Positions 27,198 to 39,179 of a DNA stretch of 64,000 nt are shown here, piece after piece. This DNA is from Octopus sinensis (lineage: Eukaryota). The notes under the pieces were generated by a model. That model was not told the DNA's origin and did no database searches. It saw nothing but the letters and a program-made list of their open reading frames with translations. Numbering within the stretch: position 1 is the stretch's first letter; each line of letters starts with the position of its first letter. The stretch is from NCBI RefSeq assembly GCF_006345805.1, contig NC_043008.1, positions 27,838,001-27,902,000 on the forward strand, written 5' to 3'. A program made the position numbers and the translations under genes.

Positions 27198-27692
27198 TTT
27201 ATAATACAGATAACTATTCCTGAAGAGCTCTGAAATGGCACTGACGAAAGTAGCATTAATTTTCTTTGGTTTTTGAATTTGCATCAATTTATCAATAGAC
27301 CGAGTAAGTAAACATCTCCGTAATGTATCGATAATAACTACTGGTAACAGCTGTAAGACAGATTTGCTCAAATAAAGAAATTATATATAATGACCAGTAT
27401 TTTTAACTTGTTTGTAATATATATACACGTAAGTGGGATTTTAACGGCCACAAAATGGTTATGTTCTTTCCCAGATAAATTGTATTTCATATTCAGGGCT
27501 CCGACGAAGCAATAAGGACTCAATTACGTGTCCAGCGTATGTTATAGCACAGACAACTGTGAGCTAATAAAGGTCCAAAATACCATTCTCTTTCTTTTCG
27601 TCTCATTTCCTAATTACGGCTCGATACTCGTCTAACACTTCGCACGTATATTGAGTTCTACAGCAGGCTATTGGCCTCGCTCTTTCTCTGTA

Positions 27693-27782
<90 letters not shown>

Positions 27783-28499
27783 TGTGTGTGTGTGTATGCT
27801 TGTGTGTGTGTGTGTGTGGTATGAGTGTGTAGAATATTGAAAAACAAAGTAAGACAAGGTAGAAAATGATAAAATTATTTTATCACGAAGAACATTTTAG
27901 TACCCTTTTCAGTCGTTAAGACTTTATGAAAAACAATTGATTTGTGGGAAAATTAAATGGAATGTTTTTAAAAAATATTTCCATAGTTTTCAAATGCAAG
28001 GGACGTTTTCCTTTTTTCTCTTTGCCTCTTTCTCTCTCTCTTCTACTTATCAATGTACATAGCTAATTTTTGTCTGTAAACTCTTCCATACTCTGACTCT
28101 TTTACTCATGAGATATTTTGGTAGCAAGTAGTAAGTAGTAGTAGTCCTAATATGAGTACTTGGTTTTGATTATTTAGGTAGCAGTAGTAGCTGAGAAAGG
28201 AGGGGACGACGACGACGACGATGACGTCGACGGAGAAGAAGAAGAAGAAGAAGAAGAAGAAGAAGAAGAAGAAGAAGAAGAAGAAGAAGAAGAAGAAGAA
28301 GAAGAAGAAGAAGAAGAAAAGGAACAAGGAAAGCAAGAGAAAGAATAATAGAAATGCGGGAATGATATGAGAGCAGTAGGTGGAATCTTCTTAAATGGTC
28401 AAGTGGCCTCATAGTGACCCGTTGTGGTTGTAATAGTTGTGATCGTAATTGTTCGGAATGTTCATGGGTAGTGACTGTTCTGAATATTTGCATGGATAT

Positions 28500-30634
28500 T
28501 ATTCTAAGGCCCTTGTAATAGCGTCATTTGTAATGGACGCATTCAAAAGGGGTTTATATATGTGATAAAATATGACTCGATAACGATGCGCTGTATAGTT
28601 TGCATCGCACCTGAATTTATAGAGGGGAAAAATTCTGAAGCTTGGTTGTTTGTTGTTGGCGCAAATGTCAATGTGTTCGCTGAATGCCAGCTTTTTGTAT
28701 TCCCGAAATTTAATCAGACAGCTATGTAGTGCCATTTTTGGTCTGGCTTATGTAGAGCAGGATAATATATATATTATGTTCTCGGAAGCTAAAGTAAAGT
28801 TGTTTTCCACTTTAAAACATTGACCTTCTTTGAAGGAGAACTCCGATACCTCAGTTAGGTTGATGCATATACCACAGTTAGGACTTCCGCATTTTTTCAC
28901 TGACGGCTTCAGTGTTGTTGAGAGTGTTTGGCCTTGTGTTAGGAGACATTTCATATATCTGGGTTGTCTTTAGCTCTTTATGATGGTTTGGTGCGTTTGG
29001 AGGATTAAATCCATTCTGTGGTCTCTTTTTAGCAGGGGAATGTTTAGTAGGATGGTGTTCAAATTTTCATTGTTAAGAGGACTATGAGTGGAGATCTATG
29101 GTAGGGTTTTGGTTGTAATTCCTTCTTTAATGTTGGATGTCTGAATTCGCTGATTTTGATTTGTATGGCACATTGAAAGATTATATCAATTAGTGAATGT
29201 AGGTAGTGCCTGGTGATGAGTGTATCCTTCAGTTCCTGTAGTCGTGTGTCCCCGGTGCTTGTATTTTTGCTAGGTTGAAAGGCGTATTCATTGTCATGTG
29301 AATGGAGTGACATGAGTTGAGCGGTAGATATTGCTTGGGGTCAGAGCGCTTATAGTATATATCTGTTTCTATTTCGTTGTTAGATTTCTTAATGAGAATG
29401 TCGAGGATGGCTATTGTTCATCATAAATTGAATGTTTACGTCTGGTCCGTTTATAAGTTCGTGAAATTCTTTAAGTATCTTTATACTTTCAAGCCAAATG
29501 ATGAAACAGTCATCCAGATACCTCTTCCAGTTATTTTCTATGTAGTGTGAGAGAGTGAGTTGCCATATTCTTCTAGTATCTCACGACAAAGACTGATTTC
29601 TAGATATCCCATGACTAAATTAGCAATGGGGCGGGCAATTCTCGTACCCATCACAGTCTCCGATTTTCGTCGACAGAAGTTGTCTTTGACGACAAAGTAG
29701 TTATTCTCCAAGATGAATTTTAGCCCTTCTATTACGAATTCTTTCTTGATGCATTGTGGGAGTAGATTGGAGTAATTCTCTAACCAGAATTGAATTGCTT
29801 CTATTCCTAGGCTGTGAGGCAGGTTGGAATACAGGTTGACTACATCGAAGGATACTAGTAGGGTGTTTTTGTTTATTGTTTTATGGAGGTAATTGAGCAT
29901 ATCTAGGTCGTCCCTTAGGTAGCTTTTGATATGCTTGAAGAATGGTTTTAAGAGCGTATCTAAAATGTTACTGAGGTGGTGAGTTTTGCATGAAGATCCT
30001 GCTAATATAGGTAATTAGGATTAGAGACCTTGATTATTATGTCTGTTGTTATCGCGCATGCGTTACTTATTTTCTCACTTATGTGTATCTTTGGATTACC
30101 GTAGCATTGACTGGATTTACTTTTGAAATTGATCACATAATCGTATTCCTTGTCGGTGAGCCCTTATCTATGTAGGTTTAACATAGATTTTAGGTTTCAC
30201 GTTATTTACTGACTGTAGTTTTGGACCTTTTTATATGTTGTGTCTTCGAATATGTATAGTACTGAAGTTATATAGTATACTGTGTCCATTAAGACAACTG
30301 CACGCCCTTTATCAGCCTCTTTGATTGTTATTGTCTTATCATCTTTTAATTTGTTCAACTCAGCCCATTCTCTTTTGCTGAAGTTTGGCTTGTGTTTTTG
30401 TTTGAGTATATGTTGATATAGGTAATTCGTGATGTATTCCCGGAAATAATCAATAATTTTGTTCCTACCTTTTGAAGGTGTGTAGTTTCTTCTACTTCGT
30501 ACTAACGATTCGTCATCGTTGTATTTGTCGTATAGTTCTTCAGTCGTAATTTTCTGCAGTATTCCCTGGAAGTGTACTGAAAGATGTGTCCCGATATCCC
30601 ATTTCGCATGTGATGTTTTAGAGGACAAACTCAC
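28500..30634 (-). pseudogene. Disrupted Penelope-like RT/GIY-YIG ORF
   Basis: ORF pieces 30206-30634, 29538-29900, 29059-29313, 28748-28954 and 28499-28735 are collinear with PLE domain order. Confidence 0.85.
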
Positions 30635-30765
30635 ATGAGTAAAAGAGAGAGACAGAGGCTGACAAAATTTGGGAAAATGTCCCTTGCATTTGAAAACTAT
30701 GGAAATTTTTTAAAAAACATTTCATCTAATTTTCCCACAATTTAATTGGTTTTCCTGCGTTACTC

Positions 30766-30803
30766 TTAGTTGAAAAAGTCGCAAAGATTGAAAACGGTAC
30801 TAA
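30766..30803 (+). ncRNA. Minimal type-I hammerhead ribozyme motif, U3-A8 core variant, in the inverted pLTR
   Basis: TTAG-TTGAAAA-AGTC-GCAAA-GATT-GAAA-ACGG-TA-CTAA: stem I TTAG/CTAA, stem II AGTC/GATT, GAAA, UA site. Confidence 0.55.
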
Positions 30804-30861
30804 AATGTTCTTCAAGATAAAATTATTTTAGCATTTTCTACCTTGTCTTATTTTGCTTACT

Positions 30862-30924
<63 letters not shown>

Positions 30925-31924
30925 TGTGTGTGTGTACGTAGTGTGTGTGTGTGTGCGTTGTGTGTGAGTGTGTGTGTGTGTGTGTGGATTGATATATGAT
31001 TTGGCCGTGATATGATAATAAACAGAATTTAACATTAAACTCAATGTTAATTCAATAATTTTTGAAGAGTACATATTTTTTATAGCTTTACAAGAATAGG
31101 AGCAACTGCAGTTTCAGGGTTTGGCCTACTACTTTTACTCGGATCGTGGAAAATTATGGTTTACTATGGGCTATATATATATACTTCGATAGGTGGAGCT
31201 AGGTGAAATGATAAATAGACTTGGGATATGTAAACTGAGAAAGTAGATGTATAGGTGAGAGACAGAGAACTGTAGCTGATATATATATATATATCCATGT
31301 AGTTTGAGTGTGGATGGAAAAAAATTCATTGGAAAGTGTTTCGTTTAAATGTGGAGTTGTACCCTTATCTTTATTGTAAAAGATACGCCATTTTCCTAAA
31401 TATGATGGAATACTTATAGGGCTTAAATTAAGCGTGCATTAAAGTACAACTATCATATTTAAGTCAGGGATGTTTCTGGAGATATCAATATTACCTTCAA
31501 ATCGTGAATTCCTAATGACAATGTGTGTACGAGAGTTTTGCTGATTCTAAATGCTAATTAAGAAGAACAATTCACCTTTTTCTTCTTATAGAAGTACATT
31601 ATAAGAATGCCACCCTCCGTTTCGCAAGTAAATGTCATATCGGCACTCAGTCTTAGCATATTGGATTCCTCTTGTGCTAATATCCCTTAATGTTTAGTCA
31701 AAATTTCAGTTATTAAGATTTGAAAATTTACATGTAATATTCCAGATAATGTAATTCACTTACGTCTTTACCAGACGAATTTGTAGAAACTATCAACAAG
31801 GAATAAAACGAACTTTTTATCCATGATTTGAAGGAAATATTTATGCGGTGAAATATTTGGAAATTTATTTACACGGAAGCAACCACATACACACAGATAC
31901 ACCCTGATACAAACTAAGTCACAC

Positions 31925-31959
<35 letters not shown>

Positions 31960-33964
31960 TTTATACACACATATGCACAAATATACATATATGTGCATAT
32001 ATCAGCCACATATATAAATACATAAATATATATATGTATATATATATTATATATCATTGTATAATTAGATATGGATGTGTACATATACATGTGTGTATAC
32101 ATGTAAATATACATGCCTATATGTATATATGTACACACATATATATGTTTATATATATATATCTATATGAAACTATTTTTCCTATGAAATCCTGAGTATA
32201 TTCTACAAGATTGCTTCTTATTTTAAATCAAATTTTGATGTTGAATATTGAATAACGAACATTTACTGAAATCTAATTCGACAGTCACGAATAAATAGAT
32301 ATTGCTGACCGAAGACTGAATACTATTAAGTAGCTGCGTGAAGAAAAAAACAGTTTACCATAACCATGAGCAATGAAAATTCACATTCTGCAGTGTATTA
32401 TTTTGTATTACGATAACTTCTGAAACATTTCCATGTATACACTTAAATATTGTCCATGTAAAACGGTATATTCTTGTATATTCAATGCTAGTGCGTATTA
32501 TAAACGGGTATATAGATACATAAGTGTGTATAATCGAGTTTTCGAAACGTAAATCGATTCATCGACAAATATAAGCTGATTCAGTAATTCTATATGCTGT
32601 ATAAACTGTAGTAAACTTGTAACAGGGAAATACGAGTAGAACGGGCATTTCATTTAGAGTTCGTAGAGTTAATCAACCATAATAAACATAAATTCTTACA
32701 CCATACAACGACCTTCAAACGCCTTTCGTGAAGTATAATATGGTGCCTAATTCGAAGTAGCTTTGTGGTCTGAGATTCACTTCATTCTACTTAACATGTT
32801 AGTGTCCTTACATAATGCCATACAGGTTACATTCATCGTCAAACTAATCAGTTGATAAATGACAGGTACCAAACTATCAGGACATTTTTCTCCTATAAAC
32901 TGTATACAAATATAAAATCAACAACCAGAAATAATAAACCTGCTCTTGTGAATGTTGTTTCCACATGGTATGTGATGTAGCTTGTTTGTTGATAGATTTG
33001 CTACTAAGCAATACGTTCCAAAAATAGGGTCTGAGTATGAAGCCTAACTGATGACTTGAGGATCTGTAAGAACGATTGTAAATGTGAGCACGTGTGAAGG
33101 TAATACGATGTAATAAATGCTGTAACACACTATTATTATTGTACAGCTGAAGAGCAGTCTGTAGTACAGATAAACATTCAAATGCCATCTAACTATGAGT
33201 ACTCCTTCGATTTTATATAGTGTGCTCACGATCATATTATTCGACGTATCTTAAATTAATATAATGTGATTAATAATTAGATTCAGCTTCATTTCGCAGA
33301 AAATGATCGGACTTCTTGGTTGGGACTTATTACTACTTAAAGACGCAGATATATGTGTGTATTAGAGCCTATTTCTGTTTTTGTATTAATAATAGTGACA
33401 CCTTACCTGTTTATTTTAATATTGTTAAGGTTATAGAGGCACTGGCATGTTGCACTTAATGTTAATGTAGGTAATGTAACGATTATGCTGACGAACAGAG
33501 GGGAAATGTTCGATGGACAGAGAGTGCAAAATTGCATTAATTCAGACAACACATGAATAAGAAAATGTGTAACTTGTTTATAACTGCTAAATGTAAACAT
33601 GCTATATACAACAGAAACTGTGTCAGAATCCATCCATTCATGTGTGATTGCAACATTGTACACAACAGCAAATGCAAATTGCGGAAATGCTTTGAAAGAA
33701 CGTAAATATATAAACAAGAATGAAAGAGACATTAAATGTATCGGTAGGAAAAATTATACTAAAAAGTTTTATTAGTAAAATATTCCTCGTGTTTATTTTT
33801 ATTACCATTGTTTTCGAATACAATCGCCATTTTATGTAACTTGATTATCTGTTTTAACGTTAACGGGTTATATTTTAAAATATTTGTAACTCTTGCTAAT
33901 TTGTCCTTTCTAACATATTCTCCTATCTATTAAGAAATTATGTGGGGGTCGCATTGTGTCATAT

Positions 33965-33969
33965 ATCTG

Positions 33970-34026
<57 letters not shown>

Positions 34027-34103
34027 TATCTATCTGTATATCTATCAATCTATCTATCTATCCATCAATCTATCTATCCATCTATCTATCTATCTATCTC
34101 TAA

Positions 34104-34171
<68 letters not shown>

Positions 34172-34260
34172 ACAATAGATGCGTATTTATATTTATATAT
34201 ACATACATATATATATTTATTTATATATACGCATATACACACACACTCACACACACGCAC
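33965..34260. repeat. (TCTA)n/(TC)n/(TA)n/(CA)n microsatellite
   Basis: Directly visible. Confidence 0.95.
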
Positions 34261-34445
34261 GCAAAATTGAATAAGGGTAGAAATTGATATTAATCAATTA
34301 AAACCAGTGGCCTAGCATTTTAAAAAATCCGAAGATTAAAATATTTTTTACTTACAAAACTTAAAGGACTGACCACTAAAAGTGGACAGCCAATATGCTA
34401 GATATAGACGTTAACATCGCTATTTTCCACGAAGAATGTGTTTTC

Positions 34446-34560
34446 AAGAAAAAACTCAGCAAAAAAACAAAGTGTAAAAAAACAAGACAAATGAAAATAT
34501 ACGAAATATTTTCATTTGTCGTGTTTTTTTACGCTTTGTTTTTTCGCTGAGATTTTTCTT
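34446..34560. repeat. Hairpin with ~55-bp arms and ~5-nt loop, abutting (TA)n
   Basis: AAGAAAAAACTCAGC..GACAAATGAAAATAT vs ATATTTTCATTTGTC..GCTGAGATTTTTCTT. Confidence 0.9.
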
Positions 34561-34580
34561 ATATATATATATATATATAT

Positions 34581-34611
<31 letters not shown>

Positions 34612-35009
34612 CATACAGAGAGAGAGAGGGACATACCCATATACATAAATTTATGTACGCGTACATATTTGTTGTATGGGAGTATATGTTAATATCTGTA
34701 TGTATGCGTGTGTAGGTGTGTGTGTTTGCATGCATGCGTGTGTGTATATGTATGTATATATATATATGTGTGTATATATATATACATATATCAGTGTCTT
34801 ATATGAGTGCCTTTCTTTATATATTCATGCAGTATCATATTTCCATTGGCATATCGATAGCAATGAAACAAACTACTTCCAGACATCGTGAATATCTAAC
34901 AAGGTGAAGTTACTGGAGAAAAATAAAGCCGGAATACTTTTACAGTTCTATTTACATCATTTAAGATATTTATATTTGATGGATATGCGTCCTCATCTTG
35001 TTAGTTGTT

Positions 35010-35055
35010 AACACAACGTTTCAGCTGATATACCCTCCAAACTTCATCAGGTGTC
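35010..35055 (-). ncRNA. Minimal type-I hammerhead ribozyme motif (PLE-type)
   Basis: Minus strand GACAC-CTGATGA-AGTTTGGAGGGTATATCAGCT-GAAAC-GTT-GTGTT: intact core, stem I GACAC/GTGTT, palindromic AACGTT at stem III. Confidence 0.65.
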
Positions 35056-35126
35056 TTGGGTAAATTTCGAACCTGATTTATCATTCCTAAGGTATTTTTC
35101 GATGTTGTTGTTGTTGTTGTTATTAC

Positions 35127-35175
<49 letters not shown>

Positions 35176-35178
<3 letters not shown>

Positions 35179-35325
35179 TAGTTTTATTTTTATAGCGTGC
35201 TTTCACTTCATTACCGAGCGCAGCTCTGTGTGCCTTGGGTATGTGCTGTGATTTGTTGTGATGCTCTGATGGTTATTGTATGGAAAGTGTTCTGCGTAGG
35301 ATGTGTGCAGTGCCTAGTAGTGCAC

Positions 35326-35326
<1 letters not shown>
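35176..35326 (-). mobile_element. Short 3' end of the same Dong family as 4115-8407, embedded in (ATT)n
   Basis: Near-identical to the reverse complement of 7887-7963 joined to 8336-8407, without the RTE insert. Confidence 0.92.
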
Positions 35327-35363
<37 letters not shown>

Positions 35364-35364
35364 T

Positions 35365-35500
35365 ATGTCACGCCTGGAATACGACTGGGATCTTGGGGTT
35401 AGTAGCCCACGCTTTTAACCACTACGGGCATATGGCGTAGTGGTTAAGAGCGCGCGCTACTAACACCAAGACTCTCTGTTCGATTCCAGACAGCGGCCTG
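35365..35500. mobile_element. Head-to-head pair of short tRNA-derived SINEs, each with an (AAT)n tail
   Basis: Plus: GGCGTAGTGGTTAAGAGCGCGCGCTACTAACACCAAG..GTTCGATTCCAG. Minus: CGTAGTGGTTAAAAGCGTGGGCTACTAACCCCAAGATCCCAGTCGTATTCCAGG. Confidence 0.75.
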
Positions 35501-35811
35501 AATACTAATAATAATAATTATAATAATAATAATTAATTATCTTATTGGACACAAAGGCTGACAAAAATTAATTATAACATAAAAAGCGACAAAACAGGAT
35601 GAAAGGTTAGAAAGGGTTTTGTCCGTTTGTAAAATCGAGTAAAAAACAGATTAACAAGGAAAGATTATAACAATGAAAATCTCCCAAAAGTGGGAGGCGT
35701 TACGAAAGGTTCCTGGTGGAAAAAACCCATAAAAGCCAACGGGGGCCTTGTCAAAAGGGGGCCTTGTCAAAAGTAGAGAGCCCCTTTCTTCTTTTGTAAT
35801 ACCTTTCCAAA

Positions 35812-38800
35812 TTACAGTTGTGACCTCAGAATTGCTCCTTTCAAACTGGCCATTTTTGCGACATTTATCCAACTTTCACTAAACTTGCTATCGGACAGCA
35901 CTTCCCTATCTACTCTCATATTCCTTTTCAAGTGAAACTTGAAAAAGTTGATGAGGCCTGGGGCAAAGAGGAAAGTGTCTGACCTTAGCCCTTTCAAACG
36001 GGTCCACCATACCACCTCTTTTGCTACAGCCACTAGGCAAAGGAAGACTGCCTTGCCCTCCAAGTTAAAGGAGGTCGGCGGGGCAATCTTAACTATGGAT
36101 TCAGCTGATAGCCGATTCCGTCCTATACGCGACAGTAGCTGTTCGACATAAACCAAGAGTTCAACAATACTGTGACGCTGGACTAGAGCGTGCAGAACGG
36201 TTTCGTCGTCCTGGCAGCACCTCGGGCAGGTCCGGCTGACAGCACTTCCGTGCCGGTAGAGTTTATCTCGAACAGGCAAAACCCCTCGGTAACACTGCCA
36301 GGCGAGGAACCTCTGGAAATTATCCATTGGTCCCGGCCCGAAAGTCCTCCCGAACAGACTGCTCAGCTCGTTATCGTCAACGTCTGGCGTTTCCCCGAGA
36401 ACGTCGTCGGACTTTTCTTCCACTATAGAACGCTAGAGTTGAACTACTACCGATCGCATTGCCCGCCTGGCAGAGGGCGGACAGAGCTTGACAGCACTCG
36501 AGGTGCCAAGAACCTTTTTCGGTCTGCGTTTGATCCAGGTTTGCCGCTCTGTCAAAGAGACGAGCTGCGGAATGTCGGTTCTGACAAACGACGACCACAC
36601 CTGTTCACCGTCTAGGAAACGCTTGAGATACTGTAGCCCGAGCGCATGTCTGCGCATCAGTAACCAAGGCATGCCAAGGCCTCCATTCAGCGGTCGTTGA
36701 CAGCAGATGGATCACCTGACCAGTGGTACCTGACCCTTCCACAAAAAGTCGAAGTGTACCAGCTTAGCCAACCAGCGGTCGGGACAAGGGATGACGGTCA
36801 AGCGGTAATAGATGACGGATGCGATGTACACATTCACCACCGCCGCCCGACCTTTCAGGGACAGCTTCCTCTCGGCCCATTTCCGGGTGAGATTAGCCAT
36901 CCGCCCGTCATTTCTTCCCAGGTTTTATCCACCTGGAGGTCCGGACCGAAACAGATACCGAGCAGTTTAATGGGTCCGTCTGTCCAGCGCCCTACGACAC
37001 TGTTAGACGGCATGGATTTGCCTCTCCAGGTGCCTAGTTGCAAGCCCACGGACTTTTCCGCGTTAATTTTTGCCGATGTCACCGCTTCGTACTCGGTGAC
37101 GTCGACGGCATAGGCAGACACGCTGTTTCCACCTCCTAGATCGCGCGAGGTACCCCTCAAAGCCTCCAACTTGCGCAGTAATGGCTAGAGAGTCAATATG
37201 TCAAGAGGGAGGAAAAAAGGGCATCCTTGGCGAACCGAACGCGAGATGTCAAACGGCTCTGAAAGGTGACCGTTCACCCGTATCACCGAGCAGATGTTGC
37301 TGTATAAAGCAGTGATCCACCCGCGGAAGACTAGACCGAAGCCTGCTGCATTGAGAACAGCTACTAGCTATCGATGGTCGACCCTGCCGTGGGCTTTACT
37401 CTGATCTAAATTTATCAAATCCCCACCCGCGCCAGCGTCGTTACCCACCCTCTCTATGATGTAGCGCATGAGATGGAGGTTATCGTGTATCGACCTGGTC
37501 GGCACGGCGCATGTCTGCGCCCTGCCAATCAGTTTGTCCACGACAAGCGCCAATCTCTTGGCTAACACTTTGGCCAAAATCTTCAACTTTGCATTGAGCA
37601 GAATGATGGGCAAAAAGTTCCCTATAATGCCCCCCTTGTTTGCGTCCTTTCTCAGGAAAAGCCACCATTTCTCGACAAACAAAAGCAGGAATTCTTCCGT
37701 TTTGCTGCCAGTTGCAGTAGACGCTTGCTAAGAGGCCCGCAAACAAGTCTGGCATTGAAGTGTATGCTCGTAGGGCAGACGATCCAAACCCGGCGATCTA
37801 CCTCTTCTGCAGCTTTTCATCGCTTCCTCCACTTCCCAGACAGATATTGGCCTTTCGTAGCACTCCGCCTCGCTGTCCGAGAGTTGCGGTAGGCCGTCCA
37901 GGTACACACCGAAGTCCGCACCGTTGTCCGTTCCACCGTTCGTCCCAAACAGCTGAGCAAAGTGCCGCTGAAACACCGCACACATCTGCTTCGGCTAGGA
38001 AACCTCGCGCCCGCTCTTCTCCACCAAAGACCGAATGGTCACTTTGTTGCCCCGCTTCGCCTCCTCCACGCAGGCCCACCAAGCGGCCTTAGTTCGCTCC
38101 CCACTTAGCGAACGCGCCTTAGCTCTGACAACGCAGCCGTCGTGTTTGGCGTCAAAATGTAGGTCGAGGGCCAACCTAGCCGCAAACACGTCGGTTGCGA
38201 TGCCTGTCTCCAGAGCCTCGTCTAGACTTCTAACTAAATCCCGCTCTGTTTTCTTACGTTCTACAGCTGGAGCCTTACTAAACCTAATCGACTCTGCTCT
38301 AATTGCTCTCTTGAGGGCAAACCACCAGTTGTTGCTGATGATTGCCCCCGTGAGCGCCTGTTTAACTGATAAACTAATCTGGTCTTTATATGCTTTGCAC
38401 GCCGTTAACGACGCGTTTAGCTCCCAGTAGCCGGGTCCCTCTCTATGTAGCCTATCTAAGTCGACTCTACAGATCACGAATTTGTGGTCCGTGTAGTCAA
38501 CTAGGTGGAAATGTGGACACCCTATGCTGTCCTTATCCGCTGGCCTACAGAACACTCTATCTAAGTACGAACTAGACGACCCGATGCGACTAGTCCAAGT
38601 TCATATTGGCACATTCAAGTTGTCTAGTCGAAACATGTTGGTGAGGCTCTTGCACCCCCTCACCTATCAGGATCTCCCGTGCCCACCCGATCGAAACGTT
38701 CATCGAAGACAGCGTTCCAATCCCCAACTAGCACTAGAGTGCGTGACGTTCCTAAGAAAACTTCCAGACATTTGAAATAATTGAACTGCTCTGCTCCTGT

Positions 38801-39145
38801 CGGAGCGTAGGCAGCCAGCAGTCTGAAAGCACCGCAATCACTACCGTCTACGTCGAGGACTACCAACTTACATTCTGGATCCAGGAAGACTGTCCTTATT
38901 TTCAAATCCTGTCTCTTCCGAAACAACACCGCAGTACCACCACCGCCCGCTCTCAGCCGACACGGAGATAGAAAAATCTCTCATCCGCCGAAAAGGGCCG
39001 GGAGTTCCTGCGGGTCGGAGAGCCTGGTTTCACTCATGGCTGCTACATCCGCGCTGTGAAACCTCAGGTGGTTTAACAGGTAGCCCTGTTTGCGAGGTGA
39101 CCCGAGGCTTCTCACATTCAAGCAACCTAATTTGAGTTTAGCCAT
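35812..39145 (-). pseudogene. Tx1-type ORF2 (AP endonuclease plus reverse transcriptase), frameshifted
   Basis: MAKLKLGCLNVRSL, AYAP, LVGDWNAV, SYLDRV, TDHK, GPGYWELNASL, SPGLDRLPYE, PIILLNAKLKILAK, LDQSKAHGRVDH, VRQGCP, SAYAVDV, KINAEKS. Confidence 0.9.
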
Positions 39146-39179
39146 GTTTTTCTTAAAGGTTTACAAGGAGAAAAAGGCT

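Larger units (their letters stand above)
27843..30860 (-). mobile_element. Penelope-like retroelement (Neptune-type RT plus GIY-YIG), decayed, with inverted pseudo-LTRs (~27843-28010 and ~30672-30860)
   Basis: IKEADKGRAVVLMD; LVSFDVVNLYSNLPH; MGT..IANLVMGYLE; RYLDDCF; Cys linker CGSPNCGIC; ENIIYILSC; SEHIDIC..KPLLN; the two terminal segments are reverse complements. Confidence 0.88.

Noticed and set aside
35430-35500. Bona fide tRNA gene
   Set aside because: No proper acceptor stem or poly-T terminator; the (AAT)n tail and inverted twin indicate a SINE
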